The translations under genes and the position numbers were made by a program. The notes beneath the pieces were generated by a model, which saw only the letters and a list, made by a program, of their open reading frames with translations, had not been told where the DNA came from and ran no database searches. A stretch of DNA of 64,000 nucleotides from a virus (lineage: Duplodnaviria > Caudoviricetes): positions 32,001 through 96,000 of IMG/VR virus record IMGVR_UViG_3300029288_001928; one strand, 5' to 3'. Shown in pieces: positions 1-9,890 of the stretch; positions within the stretch are counted from its first letter, which is position 1; every line of letters begins with the position of its first letter.

Positions 1-287
1 GTACAGGTCCGGCTAATAATATACGGTTATTATACCTACTATCTGTAACAGGAAACGAAAATTATTATAATATCGGAGATGCAGAAATATCAGATGTTCG
101 TATATGGAACACTGAACGAACTCAGGAAGAAATTACCAGTTCTATTAACTATAAATCTGTTACAGGATCAGAAACAGGATTAGTTGGATTATGGTTTTGT
201 GACGAAGGTTCAGGGGTGGCTATAAACGATCAAACTTCATATGCTCACCAATTAACTGCATCAAATGCTGCAATTTGGCAATCATAA
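1..287 (+). CDS. C-terminal part of a LamG/concanavalin A-like domain protein (5' truncated)
   Basis: Frame 3 reads ...GDAEISDVRIWNTERTQEEI...GLVGLWFCDEGSG...WQS*, a typical LamG_3 C-terminal motif; not in the ORF track. Confidence 0.7.
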   Translation, partial: TGPANNIRLLYLLSVTGNENYYNIGDAEISDVRIWNTERTQEEITSSINYKSVTGSETGLVGLWFCDEGSGVAINDQTSYAHQLTASNAAIWQS

Positions 288-298
288 AGGAATATAAT

Positions 299-646
299 AT
301 GCCTATAAAATACGATGAAAATGGTGCAGTAAAACGCCCAAATAAAGAAATTAAATATACAAAAGAAATGATTGAGAAATATGCAAACTCTGCAAAATCA
401 GTCATATATTTTGCAGAAAATTTCTATTATATTATACATCCAACTAAAGGAAAAATGAAAATTAAATTGTTCGATTATCAAAAACAAATGCTTGAAAATT
501 TTCAAAATCACCAGCATAATGTGCTATGCTGTGGGAGACAACTCGGAAAATGTTTAAATAATCAACAACTTGTTGAAATTTTAAACACAGAAACCGGAGA
601 AATTGAAAAAATTGAAATAGGAAATTTATTTAATTTGTTACTTTAA
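299..646 (+). CDS. terL: Terminase large subunit N-extein (T4 gp17-like) fused to a 31-aa N-intein
   Basis: YFAENFYYI..L.DYQK..L; Walker A GRQLGK followed by intein Cys1 (CLNNQQLV, codon at 551); probable start ATG 299 after AAGG. Confidence 0.9.
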   Translation: MPIKYDENGAVKRPNKEIKYTKEMIEKYANSAKSVIYFAENFYYIIHPTKGKMKIKLFDYQKQMLENFQNHQHNVLCCGRQLGKCLNNQQLVEILNTETGEIEKIEIGNLFNLLL

Positions 647-749
647 TATGGGCTAGACATCTCGGAAAATAGGTTTATACATAGAATAGACAAGAAGGAA
701 AAAGTTTAGAGAAGTGATATAATATTATTCTTGTTTAAAGGAGAATAAT

Positions 750-1892
750 ATGAAAACAGAATGTCCTATATGTAAAAATATATTTCCATTTTATATTTTA
801 ATAAATCATTTAGAAAAAGAACATAATATATTAAAAGATGAATTTGAAGAAAAATATTTACATAAAATTTTTAAATGTATTATATGCGGAAAAAGATTTG
901 AAAAGGAATCGCAATTAAATAAACATACCAAAATAGTACATGGAAAAGAGGAAAGAGAAAAGAATAAAAAAATAAAAGAAGAACGGTATACTGTAGTTTG
1001 TCAAGTTGATGGAAAGAAATTTATTAATATAAAAGGATTAGCAACGCATTTAAAAAGTATTAAATATTCAAAAGAAGAGTATTGGTTAAAATATTTAAAC
1101 ATAGAAAATAAAACAGGTACGTGCAAACAATGTGGAAAGAAATTAAAATTTCGAACATTGACAAGTAATTATGCGGATTTTTGTTGTTTTTCTTGTTCTA
1201 CTACATGGTTTGCAAAAAATACTGATAGAGTTGATAGAGCGATGAAAACTCTACAAAAAAAGAAAGACGAAGATCCGACATATTGTTTAAACCCATCGCA
1301 ATTAGAATATTGGGTGAATAAAGGATATTCTATCGAAGACGCAAAGAAAATGCAAAAAGAAAGACAAACGACGTTTACACTAGAAAAATGTATAGAAAAA
1401 TATGGGGAGAAAAAAGGAAAACAAAGATGGGCAGAAAGACAAGAAAAATGGCTTACTTCATTTGGAAGAATATATTATTCTCAAATATCACAAAAATTAT
1501 TTTCTGATGTAGAAAAAGAAATAAAGATGTTATATCCAGAAAAAAATTTAAAATGCTTTTACGCAGAAAGCGAAGATGATAAAACAAAAAATAATGAAAT
1601 TGTGATTCGAACAGAATTATCAGCATACAGATTAGATTTTTTTATACCAGAATTAAACTATGTTATAGAATTTGATGGTGAATATTGGCACGGAGAAGCA
1701 AGAGGAAATCAAGAAAGAGATATTATTAGAGAACTTGAAATAAAAGCTGCATATCCAGATTTTATTATTAGACATGTATTGGAAAAAGAATATAAACAAA
1801 ATCCATTATTAATATTAAACAATATTATAAAAGAAATATCGTATTTAATAGAAACTGTTTATGAGGAGTATAGAAATAATTATAAAAATTAA
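750..1892 (+). CDS. Free-standing homing endonuclease: C2H2 zinc fingers plus a Vsr/DUF559-like PD-(D/E)xK domain
   Basis: CPIC..HLEKEH and CIICGKRF..HTKIVH; C-terminal YRLDFFIPELNYVIEFDGEYWHG; lies between the split terL halves. Confidence 0.8.
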   Translation: MKTECPICKNIFPFYILINHLEKEHNILKDEFEEKYLHKIFKCIICGKRFEKESQLNKHTKIVHGKEEREKNKKIKEERYTVVCQVDGKKFINIKGLATHLKSIKYSKEEYWLKYLNIENKTGTCKQCGKKLKFRTLTSNYADFCCFSCSTTWFAKNTDRVDRAMKTLQKKKDEDPTYCLNPSQLEYWVNKGYSIEDAKKMQKERQTTFTLEKCIEKYGEKKGKQRWAERQEKWLTSFGRIYYSQISQKLFSDVEKEIKMLYPEKNLKCFYAESEDDKTKNNEIVIRTELSAYRLDFFIPELNYVIEFDGEYWHGEARGNQERDIIRELEIKAAYPDFIIRHVLEKEYKQNPLLILNNIIKEISYLIETVYEEYRNNYKN

Positions 1893-1916
1893 TATAAATA
1901 TTATATAATATAAGTT

Positions 1917-3641
1917 ATGGAACAACCAACAAGAAAATTTGAACTTATAAAAGAGTGTCCTTCCCGATACAAGATAAAAACTCCGCAGGGGTGGAAGGGG
2001 ATAAAGAATGTAATGAAGACAGTACCATATACTGTATGGTACATAGAATTAGATAATGGTGATAGTTTAAAATGTGCAGACACTCATATAGTTTACACTG
2101 ATTTACACACATCAATATATGTATGTGATGTTAAGGTTGGGCAGTTAATTGAGACAGATACAGGATATCATAAGTGTGTAAAGGTAGAGGATTTAGGCTA
2201 TGAAGAGAACATGTATGATGTTGAAGTAGATTCTGATGAGCATGAATATTATTCAAACAATTTTATATCACACAATACAACGTGTTCTGCAATTTACATT
2301 TTATGGTATTCTATTTTTAATAAAGAAAAGAAGATTGCAATATTAGCAAACAAAGCAGCAGTTGCAAAGAAAATTTTAGAAGAAATAAAATATGCATATG
2401 AGAATTTACCAGAATATATCAAACCTGGAGCAGTCGAATATAATGCATATAATATAAAATTTGATACTGATACAGAAATAATGTGTTCTGCTACAACCCC
2501 TTCTGCATTAAGAGGTTATTCAATTTCTTTATTATTTATGGATGAGTTAGCGTTCGTAAATCCTCCTTCTTTAGCAGAAGAATTCTGGACATCAAACTGG
2601 CCTATTTTGAGTACTGGTGGATCATCAATTATTGTATCTACTCCAAAAGGTACTGCTAATTTATTTTACAAACTTTGGAAAGATGCAGTTGATGGAAAAA
2701 ATACGTTAAAACCATTAATGGTTAAATGGAATGCCCATCCTGACAGAGACCAAAAATGGTATGAAGAAACTATTAGAAATATGGGTAAAGTATCTTTTCA
2801 CCAAGAACACGATTGTTCATTTTTCGGATCATCATCAACGTTAATTGATGGTCAATTTATTTTAAATGGACTAAAACAGATAGATCCTATAGATCAGCCA
2901 GATCAATGGACAAAATATTGGGATAAACCAAAACATAATAGAAAATATGCTATATCTATAGATGTGTCACAAGGAGTTGGTTCTGACTATTCTGTTGCTA
3001 ATGTGTTTGATATTACAGATTATCCAGAAGGTGCAGTAAAACAAGTATTTTGTTATCGGAGAAATGATATAAATGTTCCAATATTTACAAGTATTGTACA
3101 CGAAATTGCTAAAGAATGGAATAACGCATATTTAATTATTGAAACAAATGCAAATTTGGGAGAAGAATTACAAAGAATTATGATGGAATCTAATGAATAT
3201 GAGAATATATTTTATGATTATGAGAAAAATTCATATGGAGTATTTGCTAATAGGGGTAATAAACCTGCGGCATGTTCTTGGTTAAAAGAGTTAATTGAGA
3301 ATAATAAAATTCAAGTGTATGATGGTCAACTTATTGAAGAATTTGGATATTTTGAGGAATTAAAAGAAGGGGTATTTAAAGCTAAGAATAATAAAGGTTG
3401 CCATGACGATTTAGTTGCTACGTGTTTATGGTTATCATATTTTTTAAAGTCCAAATATTTTGCAGATATTAAGGACTCTTGGGTATTTGATGAGTCTCCG
3501 TCCGAAGAAGTTAAGGATAAAGAAGCATATGAGGTTTGGAATAACTTTTTAACCAAAGATTATGAAGAAGTTGAGAATAATTGGTTAGATAAAGATATAA
3601 ATGGCAAGAATAATAGAAATTCCAACTCTGTTTGGTGGTAA
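1917..3641 (+). CDS. terL: 120-aa C-intein (1917-2276) fused to the terminase large subunit C-extein (ATPase and nuclease)
   Basis: Intein motifs CADTH, MYDVEV and terminal SHN/T; then TTCSAIYILW, Walker B LLFMDE, IVSTPKG, nuclease IDVSQGVGSDYS and HDD. Confidence 0.92.
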   Translation: MEQPTRKFELIKECPSRYKIKTPQGWKGIKNVMKTVPYTVWYIELDNGDSLKCADTHIVYTDLHTSIYVCDVKVGQLIETDTGYHKCVKVEDLGYEENMYDVEVDSDEHEYYSNNFISHNTTCSAIYILWYSIFNKEKKIAILANKAAVAKKILEEIKYAYENLPEYIKPGAVEYNAYNIKFDTDTEIMCSATTPSALRGYSISLLFMDELAFVNPPSLAEEFWTSNWPILSTGGSSIIVSTPKGTANLFYKLWKDAVDGKNTLKPLMVKWNAHPDRDQKWYEETIRNMGKVSFHQEHDCSFFGSSSTLIDGQFILNGLKQIDPIDQPDQWTKYWDKPKHNRKYAISIDVSQGVGSDYSVANVFDITDYPEGAVKQVFCYRRNDINVPIFTSIVHEIAKEWNNAYLIIETNANLGEELQRIMMESNEYENIFYDYEKNSYGVFANRGNKPAACSWLKELIENNKIQVYDGQLIEEFGYFEELKEGVFKAKNNKGCHDDLVATCLWLSYFLKSKYFADIKDSWVFDESPSEEVKDKEAYEVWNNFLTKDYEEVENNWLDKDINGKNNRNSNSVWW

Positions 3642-3677
3642 TTAAATAATTTCGCAATTATTTAATGCCCTGTCGGT

Positions 3678-3685
3678 TATAAATA
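3678..3685 (+). promoter_or_regulatory. T4-type late promoter TATAAATA (representative; also 1893, 16427, 17583, 26025, 31561, 35766, 36104, 38502, 38705, 51834, 53692, 59816 on +, and 33832, 34593, 42781, 43664, 51785 on -)
   Basis: Exact octamer recurring just upstream of genes; matches the T4 gp55 consensus. Confidence 0.75.
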
Positions 3686-3729
3686 AATATGAATGATAAC
3701 TATGCTTTGTAAGGGATAAGGAGTTTCCA

Positions 3730-5664
3730 ATGCCTGACAATTTATCTCCAAATGTATCAATAAGAGAGAGAGATTTAACACAAATAGTACCAACAGTAAC
3801 ATCTTCTGTTGGTGGAATGGTAATGTATGCGGTTAAGGGTCCAGTAAATGTACCTATTGATCTAACATCAACAAAGGATTTAGAAGATATTTTAGGTAGA
3901 CCAAATGAAGTTGGTTATACACATTGGTTTACCGCAGAAGCGTTCTTAAAAGCTTCAAATCAATTAAGAGTTGTTCGTGTAGAAGATAGTGCATTAGCGG
4001 TTGCTGGATTAACAGTTGGTCTTTCAGGATCAACAGTATTAACAGATACGACTACAAAAGCAACCGAATTGTTTCCTTTATCATATAATGATATAAAAGA
4101 ACACGAAGCAAAAATAGATTATGATCTTCCTGCTGGTACTGGTGCTGGCGAATTAGATGAAGCAGCAAACAATTTATTTACTACTGACATCTATCATTTT
4201 TATGGTGTTGGTCCTGGTGATTATTATGAAGGAATTTCTGTTGTAGTCGTAAATTCTACAGATTTTGGATTACTTGTAGATTTAAAGGGAGAATTGGTAG
4301 AAGCATATACACAAACGGCAATTAATACAATTGCAGATAAATATTATAATGGTGATATGAGTGGATCTGATTATCTTCTAAACTCATTAATTAAGTATGA
4401 TGTATTAACTCCTCCTGCCACTGGCGCAACTGATTGGGTAATAAATACAACACTTCTTGAAACAATTACAAACTTTGAAAATGGTCCATCAACTGCAGAT
4501 GAAGCAATTTTGTTAGTATTTGATGAATTTGGTAGTAATGTAGAAAGCTATTTATTCTCTCATGATAAAGATAAGAGAGATGCAGTAGGAAACAAGATGT
4601 TTGGCCCTACACTTGTTAATGGAAATTCAAGATATATTTATTTCTTTATTGCAAATACTGAAACCGCTGCTAATGGTGTAACTTCTGTAAGTACTCGCAA
4701 GTCATATTTGGCTGGTGCAGATGATTTAACTGGAATTGCTATTGGCACAAGTTTAGCAGATTTAACTGGTGAAATGCAAACACAATTATATAAGCATTTC
4801 TCAAACCCAGAACAGTTTGAAGTTGATCTATTAATAGATGCAGATTATCCAGATATAATCAAGAGAACATTAGATGAGCTAGCTAGAAATATTCGTAAAG
4901 ATTGTTTGGCTGTTCTAACTGTTCCATTAAATACAGTATTAAATACAAGTAATTATCGTGAAATTGCTGCACCATATACAGCAATGAAAAATTATGTTGC
5001 TAATACTTTAAATATTAATAGTTCTTATAGCACAATTTATGGTAACTGGCTAAAGATTTATGATAGATTTGCAGAAAAGGAACGCTGGATTCCTGCAAGT
5101 GGACTAGCAGCAGCAGTAATGGCATACACAGATTTCTCTGATGCGCAATGGTTTGCTCCTGCCGGTTTAAATCGTGGAATCTTATCAAATGTTATTGATG
5201 TTGCTGTAAATCCAAATAAGGGACAGAGAGATATTCTATATTACAATAGAATCAACCCTATTGTAGATTTTACTGGTGAAGGTATAGTAATTTGGGGGCA
5301 AAAGACTCTTCAAAGTGGTGCAAGCGCATTTGATAGAATCAATGTTCGTCGTTTATTCCTATATCTTGAAAAGAGTATTCGTAAAATGGCTAGATACTAT
5401 CTATTTGAATTCAATGATGAATTCACTCGTAGTCGTTTCCGTGGAACAGTAAATCCGTTTATGTCCATAGTTCAGTCTCGTCGTGGTGTATATGACTTCC
5501 AAGTTGTATGTGACGCAACGAATAATCCACCTGAAGTAATTGATAGAAATGAATTTAATGCTGAAATATTGGTCAAGCCAACAAGAGTAGCAGAATTCAT
5601 AACACTAACATTTACTGCAGTTGCAACTGGCGTAGAATTTAGTGAAGTTGTGCAACGTAGTTGA
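3730..5664 (+). CDS. Tail sheath protein (T4 gp18-like)
   Basis: LSPNVSIRERDLT N-terminus; WFAPAGLNRG, RINPI, WGQKTL, INVRRL, FEFNDEFTR. Confidence 0.95.
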   Translation: MPDNLSPNVSIRERDLTQIVPTVTSSVGGMVMYAVKGPVNVPIDLTSTKDLEDILGRPNEVGYTHWFTAEAFLKASNQLRVVRVEDSALAVAGLTVGLSGSTVLTDTTTKATELFPLSYNDIKEHEAKIDYDLPAGTGAGELDEAANNLFTTDIYHFYGVGPGDYYEGISVVVVNSTDFGLLVDLKGELVEAYTQTAINTIADKYYNGDMSGSDYLLNSLIKYDVLTPPATGATDWVINTTLLETITNFENGPSTADEAILLVFDEFGSNVESYLFSHDKDKRDAVGNKMFGPTLVNGNSRYIYFFIANTETAANGVTSVSTRKSYLAGADDLTGIAIGTSLADLTGEMQTQLYKHFSNPEQFEVDLLIDADYPDIIKRTLDELARNIRKDCLAVLTVPLNTVLNTSNYREIAAPYTAMKNYVANTLNINSSYSTIYGNWLKIYDRFAEKERWIPASGLAAAVMAYTDFSDAQWFAPAGLNRGILSNVIDVAVNPNKGQRDILYYNRINPIVDFTGEGIVIWGQKTLQSGASAFDRINVRRLFLYLEKSIRKMARYYLFEFNDEFTRSRFRGTVNPFMSIVQSRRGVYDFQVVCDATNNPPEVIDRNEFNAEILVKPTRVAEFITLTFTAVATGVEFSEVVQRS

Positions 5665-5694
5665 TATAAGTATAAGGTAAATTAGGAGAAAAAA

Positions 5695-6321
5695 ATGCCA
5701 TTACCAAACTTTGATGGGTTTAATCTTTACAAGTTTAGAGAAACAGTAGGTGATCCTGGCCGTCCATATTTATTTTTAGTAAATGTTCCTCAAATTGGTA
5801 CTGATACTGTTGTAACTGCAATGGCAAGATCAACAAATCTTCCTGGATACACTGTTGGTCAAGTAGCTATACCATTCCAAGGTGTTAATATAAAGATTGG
5901 TACTACACCAGAATATCAGGATTGGACAGTTAACTTTTTATGTGATGAAGCACACGAATTACGCAGACTATTTATGAACTGGCAAGCCATTGTATATGAC
6001 GTTGGACTTGGATTAACTGGTCATTCAAATCAATATAAGTCAGATCAGGTAGGTGTAGCACAACTTGCTCGTACAGGAGCAATAATTGCTGCATATAATA
6101 TGGTTGGTGCATGGCCAAAGAGTGTAGGTGATATTACAATAGGACATGATCAAAATAGTTCAATTGAACAATTTGATGTTACATTTGCATATGATTACTA
6201 CATTTTAGACTCTAAGTTTGGTGAAAGCACAAATGCTGCTGCTATGATTCGTGGTTCTGCTCCTCAAATTAATCGTGGCAATTCAATAAATGGGTCATCT
6301 AATAACTTCACTCCACAGTGA
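5695..6321 (+). CDS. Tail tube protein (T4 gp19-like)
   Basis: Follows the sheath gene; RPYLF, LPG..G, DWTVNF, AWPKSVGDI, FDVTFAYDY. Confidence 0.85.
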   Translation: MPLPNFDGFNLYKFRETVGDPGRPYLFLVNVPQIGTDTVVTAMARSTNLPGYTVGQVAIPFQGVNIKIGTTPEYQDWTVNFLCDEAHELRRLFMNWQAIVYDVGLGLTGHSNQYKSDQVGVAQLARTGAIIAAYNMVGAWPKSVGDITIGHDQNSSIEQFDVTFAYDYYILDSKFGESTNAAAMIRGSAPQINRGNSINGSSNNFTPQ

Positions 6322-6346
6322 TATTTTTAAAATAATTTAAAATAGT

Positions 6347-6379
6347 TAAACTGGTTAGGATTATCCTAACCAGTTTTTT
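6347..6379 (+). terminator. Intrinsic terminator
   Basis: aaactggttagga-tta-tcctaaccagttt followed by a T-run. Confidence 0.85.
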
Positions 6380-6439
6380 GTTAATATTTTTATATTTTTG
6401 ATATAATATACTATATTACTTTTAGGGAGTACAATACAC

Positions 6440-7225
6440 ATGTCAAAGTCATTTAAAGATCTTCGTAAGCATATAGCAGTTTCTACTAACGAAGTACCAG
6501 ATTTTTCTACAGAATTGCCTTATTTAAAGAAAAAAGCATCTTATAGAGCAATGAAAAACAAAGAATTAAAGAGTTTTTTAAAGGCAATAGAAAAGAAGGA
6601 TGAATATTTAATAAATGATGCATTAGACAAGATATTAGAATATTGTGTAATATCAATTGATGGTAAACCATTTGATAATAATGAGTTATGTATACAAGAT
6701 AGAACATATCTATTATTAAAAGTTAGACAGGCATCATTAGGTGATATAGCTAAATTTCCTCATATTTATAAAGAAGATGCCCAGCCGGTTGAAGTTACTG
6801 TTGATATTTCTGAGTTTCCGATAGTATATAAAGAGGAATCGGTAGAAGAAATAGTACAATTAAATGATGCAGTAAGAGTTACATTATCTCCAGTTACAAG
6901 AGCAACAGAAAAAGAATTAGAATCATGGATTAAAAAGAATGGTAGTAAAGAGTCTATGATAGATCGTAGATATTGTGCATATGCTGCATTAATTTCAAAT
7001 GTAGAAATGTTATCGGATGATAATAAAGAGTGGGAACATGTTACTTTATCATTTGAAGAAAGGGTAAAGGTTGTTGAAGAGATGTGTGGTCCTACCGATA
7101 TTGAAAATTTTAACAAAATAACAGAAAAACTTGATTTTGGTGTAAAACTTTACTTTAAATTCAAGCATGAAGATTATGAGAATGAAAAGGAGGAAATTAA
7201 TCTTCTAAGTTTTTTTATAGCATAA
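6440..7225 (+). CDS. Baseplate hub subunit (T4 gp26-like)
   Basis: ELP..KK...YRAM..KE, L..QD..YLLLKVR..SLG pattern and gene position. Confidence 0.7.
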   Translation: MSKSFKDLRKHIAVSTNEVPDFSTELPYLKKKASYRAMKNKELKSFLKAIEKKDEYLINDALDKILEYCVISIDGKPFDNNELCIQDRTYLLLKVRQASLGDIAKFPHIYKEDAQPVEVTVDISEFPIVYKEESVEEIVQLNDAVRVTLSPVTRATEKELESWIKKNGSKESMIDRRYCAYAALISNVEMLSDDNKEWEHVTLSFEERVKVVEEMCGPTDIENFNKITEKLDFGVKLYFKFKHEDYENEKEEINLLSFFIA

Positions 7226-7488
7226 TGGGTGGAATGCACTATACACAAATAATAAATGATTGTATAGAACTTTCTATTTATTCTAGAGGCGCAATTTCGT
7301 ATGAAGAAGCTATAAATATAGGTGCTGATGAAACTCCATATTTGATATATATATTTAAGAAACATTATGAAAATGAAGAGAAAAACCGACAGGAGTTAAT
7401 CAAAGCCGGATTCGATTATGCAACTAAAGCATTTGATCAATTATTTAAACTTCTTGCAGCCCTTGGAAAAAATAGAAGGCAGAATTAA
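7225..7488 (+). CDS. Small baseplate/tail assembly protein (gp51-like position)
   Basis: Coupled to the gp26-like gene; synteny only. Confidence 0.4.
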   Translation: MGGMHYTQIINDCIELSIYSRGAISYEEAINIGADETPYLIYIFKKHYENEEKNRQELIKAGFDYATKAFDQLFKLLAALGKNRRQN

Positions 7489-9887
7489 TGGCTGAAATAT
7501 CTCCAAATCAAGAATTTTTTAATAAATTAGTAGGTAAATCAGCAAATGTTGATGAGACATTATTACATAATGTTTCGTTGACCGTAGAAAAAATTAAAAA
7601 TTTTTTAAAATTGTCATCCAAACAGTTATTAGATAAATCAACACAAGATAATTTTACAGATTTGGAAAAAATAATATTAGGAAAACAGAAAAATACTGGA
7701 ATCTCTAAGATTTTAAAGAGTGGTAGAGAAAAATTAAAAGAAATTAAAAACATATTAACAAAGTCTAAATCTGATAAACCAACCGTAGATTCTATATTGT
7801 CTACTTTAGGATTATCTGAATCTTTAATGAATATTTTACACAGAAATATAAAAATAAAATCAGATAAAATTATAATTAAATTAAACAAAGTAATACCATC
7901 AGATCTTGATAAAGTTAAAAAAGAATATGCATTAGCAGAAAAAAAATATGGACCAAATATATTTAAATCAACGTTTGGAAAAATGTCAGATTGGTTTAAA
8001 GATTCTGCTAATGATATTAATCAAATATTAGATTATACGTCTACAAAGGTAATTTCTGTATTTAAATGGATGAAAGATGTCGTGATGAATCCATTAGATG
8101 CATTAGTTGATTTAGTAGGAGTAATGGCAGAAATAGGATTTGAAGCAGTACGAACAGTATTTACTGTACTCGCATGGCCAGTAAATAAGGCTATGAATTT
8201 TTTATGTAAAGCAATAAAGAAATTTTTATTTAATCCTCTAATATTTTTACCACTAACAATTGTATTGGGTATCTTTGGATTTCAAATATTTAAAATAGTA
8301 TCACCATTTATATCAAAATTAATTGATTATGTATGGGATAAAATATCAGGATATGTTTTAAATTTCATTAATACGTTAATGGATTCTTGGTTAGCAAAAT
8401 GGCTAGCAGAAAACACACAACCAGTATTAGATTTTGTAAAAAGTATATTTTCAAAAGAGACAGCAGAAAATATAAAAGAAATATTAAAAGAATGGTTTGG
8501 TATGGATATAGATGCATTTAATACAAAAGTTAGAAATGTTATAGATATTATAAAGAAAATAGATTTTAAAAATAATACATTATGGGATTTAACGTGGACA
8601 GCAATTGTAAAAGTAGCATATTCTGCACAACAAGGAATATGGTCATGGATAGTAGATAATGCTAAAAAAATGATGGAAAATATAGGAATAAATAAACTTA
8701 TTCAAGATTTTACAAATCAAATTTATTCTTTAATATCTATATTTAAGTTGAGTTTAGAAACATTCATTGGTGAAACAGAAGATGTATTTTTACAATTAGA
8801 AAATGTTCCTTCTGAACTAATGGAATCATTTTTTGATGAAAAGTTTAATGAAACAGATGAAAAGCTTAAAGAAGAATTATCTTTAATGACACAAGATATG
8901 GAAAATTCCGCAAATGCAAGTATACGTTCAGCGGAAACACTGATAGAACAACAGGTAGAAGATAATGTATCTCCAGAAAGAAGAAATTTAGAAAAACGTA
9001 TAAAAGGAAATGAAGCGTATTTAGAAATGAGTAGAAAACTTAAAGAAGAAAAAGGTACACCAACTGTAGAAACATTAGAGAGAATAGAATTAGAAAGTAA
9101 AAGTGCTGTTAGTATTCCTGGAATGTCTGTTGATATACCAGAAAATACAAAAACCAATATATTATTATCAGATAATACTCCAATGTCTATAGATTATGGA
9201 AAATTACCAGATATACCAGAATTACCAAAAACCGTTTTGGAATTGCAAGTCGTTGGGGCAGGAACAGAAGATATTGTAAAACATATCTATAGTACTGCAC
9301 CACAATATAAAACGATGTTTGAATTAATAGAATATGGAGATACTTTATCAAAATTAGAAGCAGTTCCAGAAAGTCAAAGATCTCAAACCGCTATCGAAGA
9401 TTATAAGAGAAGAATTGAACAATCTAATAGTTATTTAATATCATTAAATATTCCTGGAATAGAAGGTGTTAAATATGATGTATTTGATCCATCAATGATT
9501 TCGAAAACAAATGAAGGGTTTGTAGTAAATAATAATTGGTCAAAAGATAGAATATTTATGAGTTTGTTACAACATGAACTACGAAGTAAATCATCTCCTT
9601 CGCCCGATATTCCACAAGCAGAATGGGGCGGAATTATAACGTCACCATCGTTAGCAATAATTGGTGAAGGAATGGTATCAGAAGTAATAATACCATTAAA
9701 TTCATTCGGAATTAATTTTATAACAGAGTCAATAAATGAAGTCATTAAACGAAATGAAATATCAAAACCATCACAAACAAAAGAAAAAAATGATCCTATA
9801 GTAAGAAGATATAAATCTTCTAAGGGGGGAATTGATAAAACCTTATATGATATGAAATTATTTTCAACATCGGTTATAGGAAATTAA
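7488..9887 (+). CDS. Tape-measure-like protein 1
   Basis: Long helical protein with a hydrophobic W/F-rich central region, in the tail module. Confidence 0.5.
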   Translation: MAEISPNQEFFNKLVGKSANVDETLLHNVSLTVEKIKNFLKLSSKQLLDKSTQDNFTDLEKIILGKQKNTGISKILKSGREKLKEIKNILTKSKSDKPTVDSILSTLGLSESLMNILHRNIKIKSDKIIIKLNKVIPSDLDKVKKEYALAEKKYGPNIFKSTFGKMSDWFKDSANDINQILDYTSTKVISVFKWMKDVVMNPLDALVDLVGVMAEIGFEAVRTVFTVLAWPVNKAMNFLCKAIKKFLFNPLIFLPLTIVLGIFGFQIFKIVSPFISKLIDYVWDKISGYVLNFINTLMDSWLAKWLAENTQPVLDFVKSIFSKETAENIKEILKEWFGMDIDAFNTKVRNVIDIIKKIDFKNNTLWDLTWTAIVKVAYSAQQGIWSWIVDNAKKMMENIGINKLIQDFTNQIYSLISIFKLSLETFIGETEDVFLQLENVPSELMESFFDEKFNETDEKLKEELSLMTQDMENSANASIRSAETLIEQQVEDNVSPERRNLEKRIKGNEAYLEMSRKLKEEKGTPTVETLERIELESKSAVSIPGMSVDIPENTKTNILLSDNTPMSIDYGKLPDIPELPKTVLELQVVGAGTEDIVKHIYSTAPQYKTMFELIEYGDTLSKLEAVPESQRSQTAIEDYKRRIEQSNSYLISLNIPGIEGVKYDVFDPSMISKTNEGFVVNNNWSKDRIFMSLLQHELRSKSSPSPDIPQAEWGGIITSPSLAIIGEGMVSEVIIPLNSFGINFITESINEVIKRNEISKPSQTKEKNDPIVRRYKSSKGGIDKTLYDMKLFSTSVIGN

Positions 9888-9890
9888 TAA

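Noticed and set aside
646-1916. Group I intron interrupting terL
   Set aside because: No R/S core seen; split-intein motifs and a separate late promoter at 1893 explain the break.
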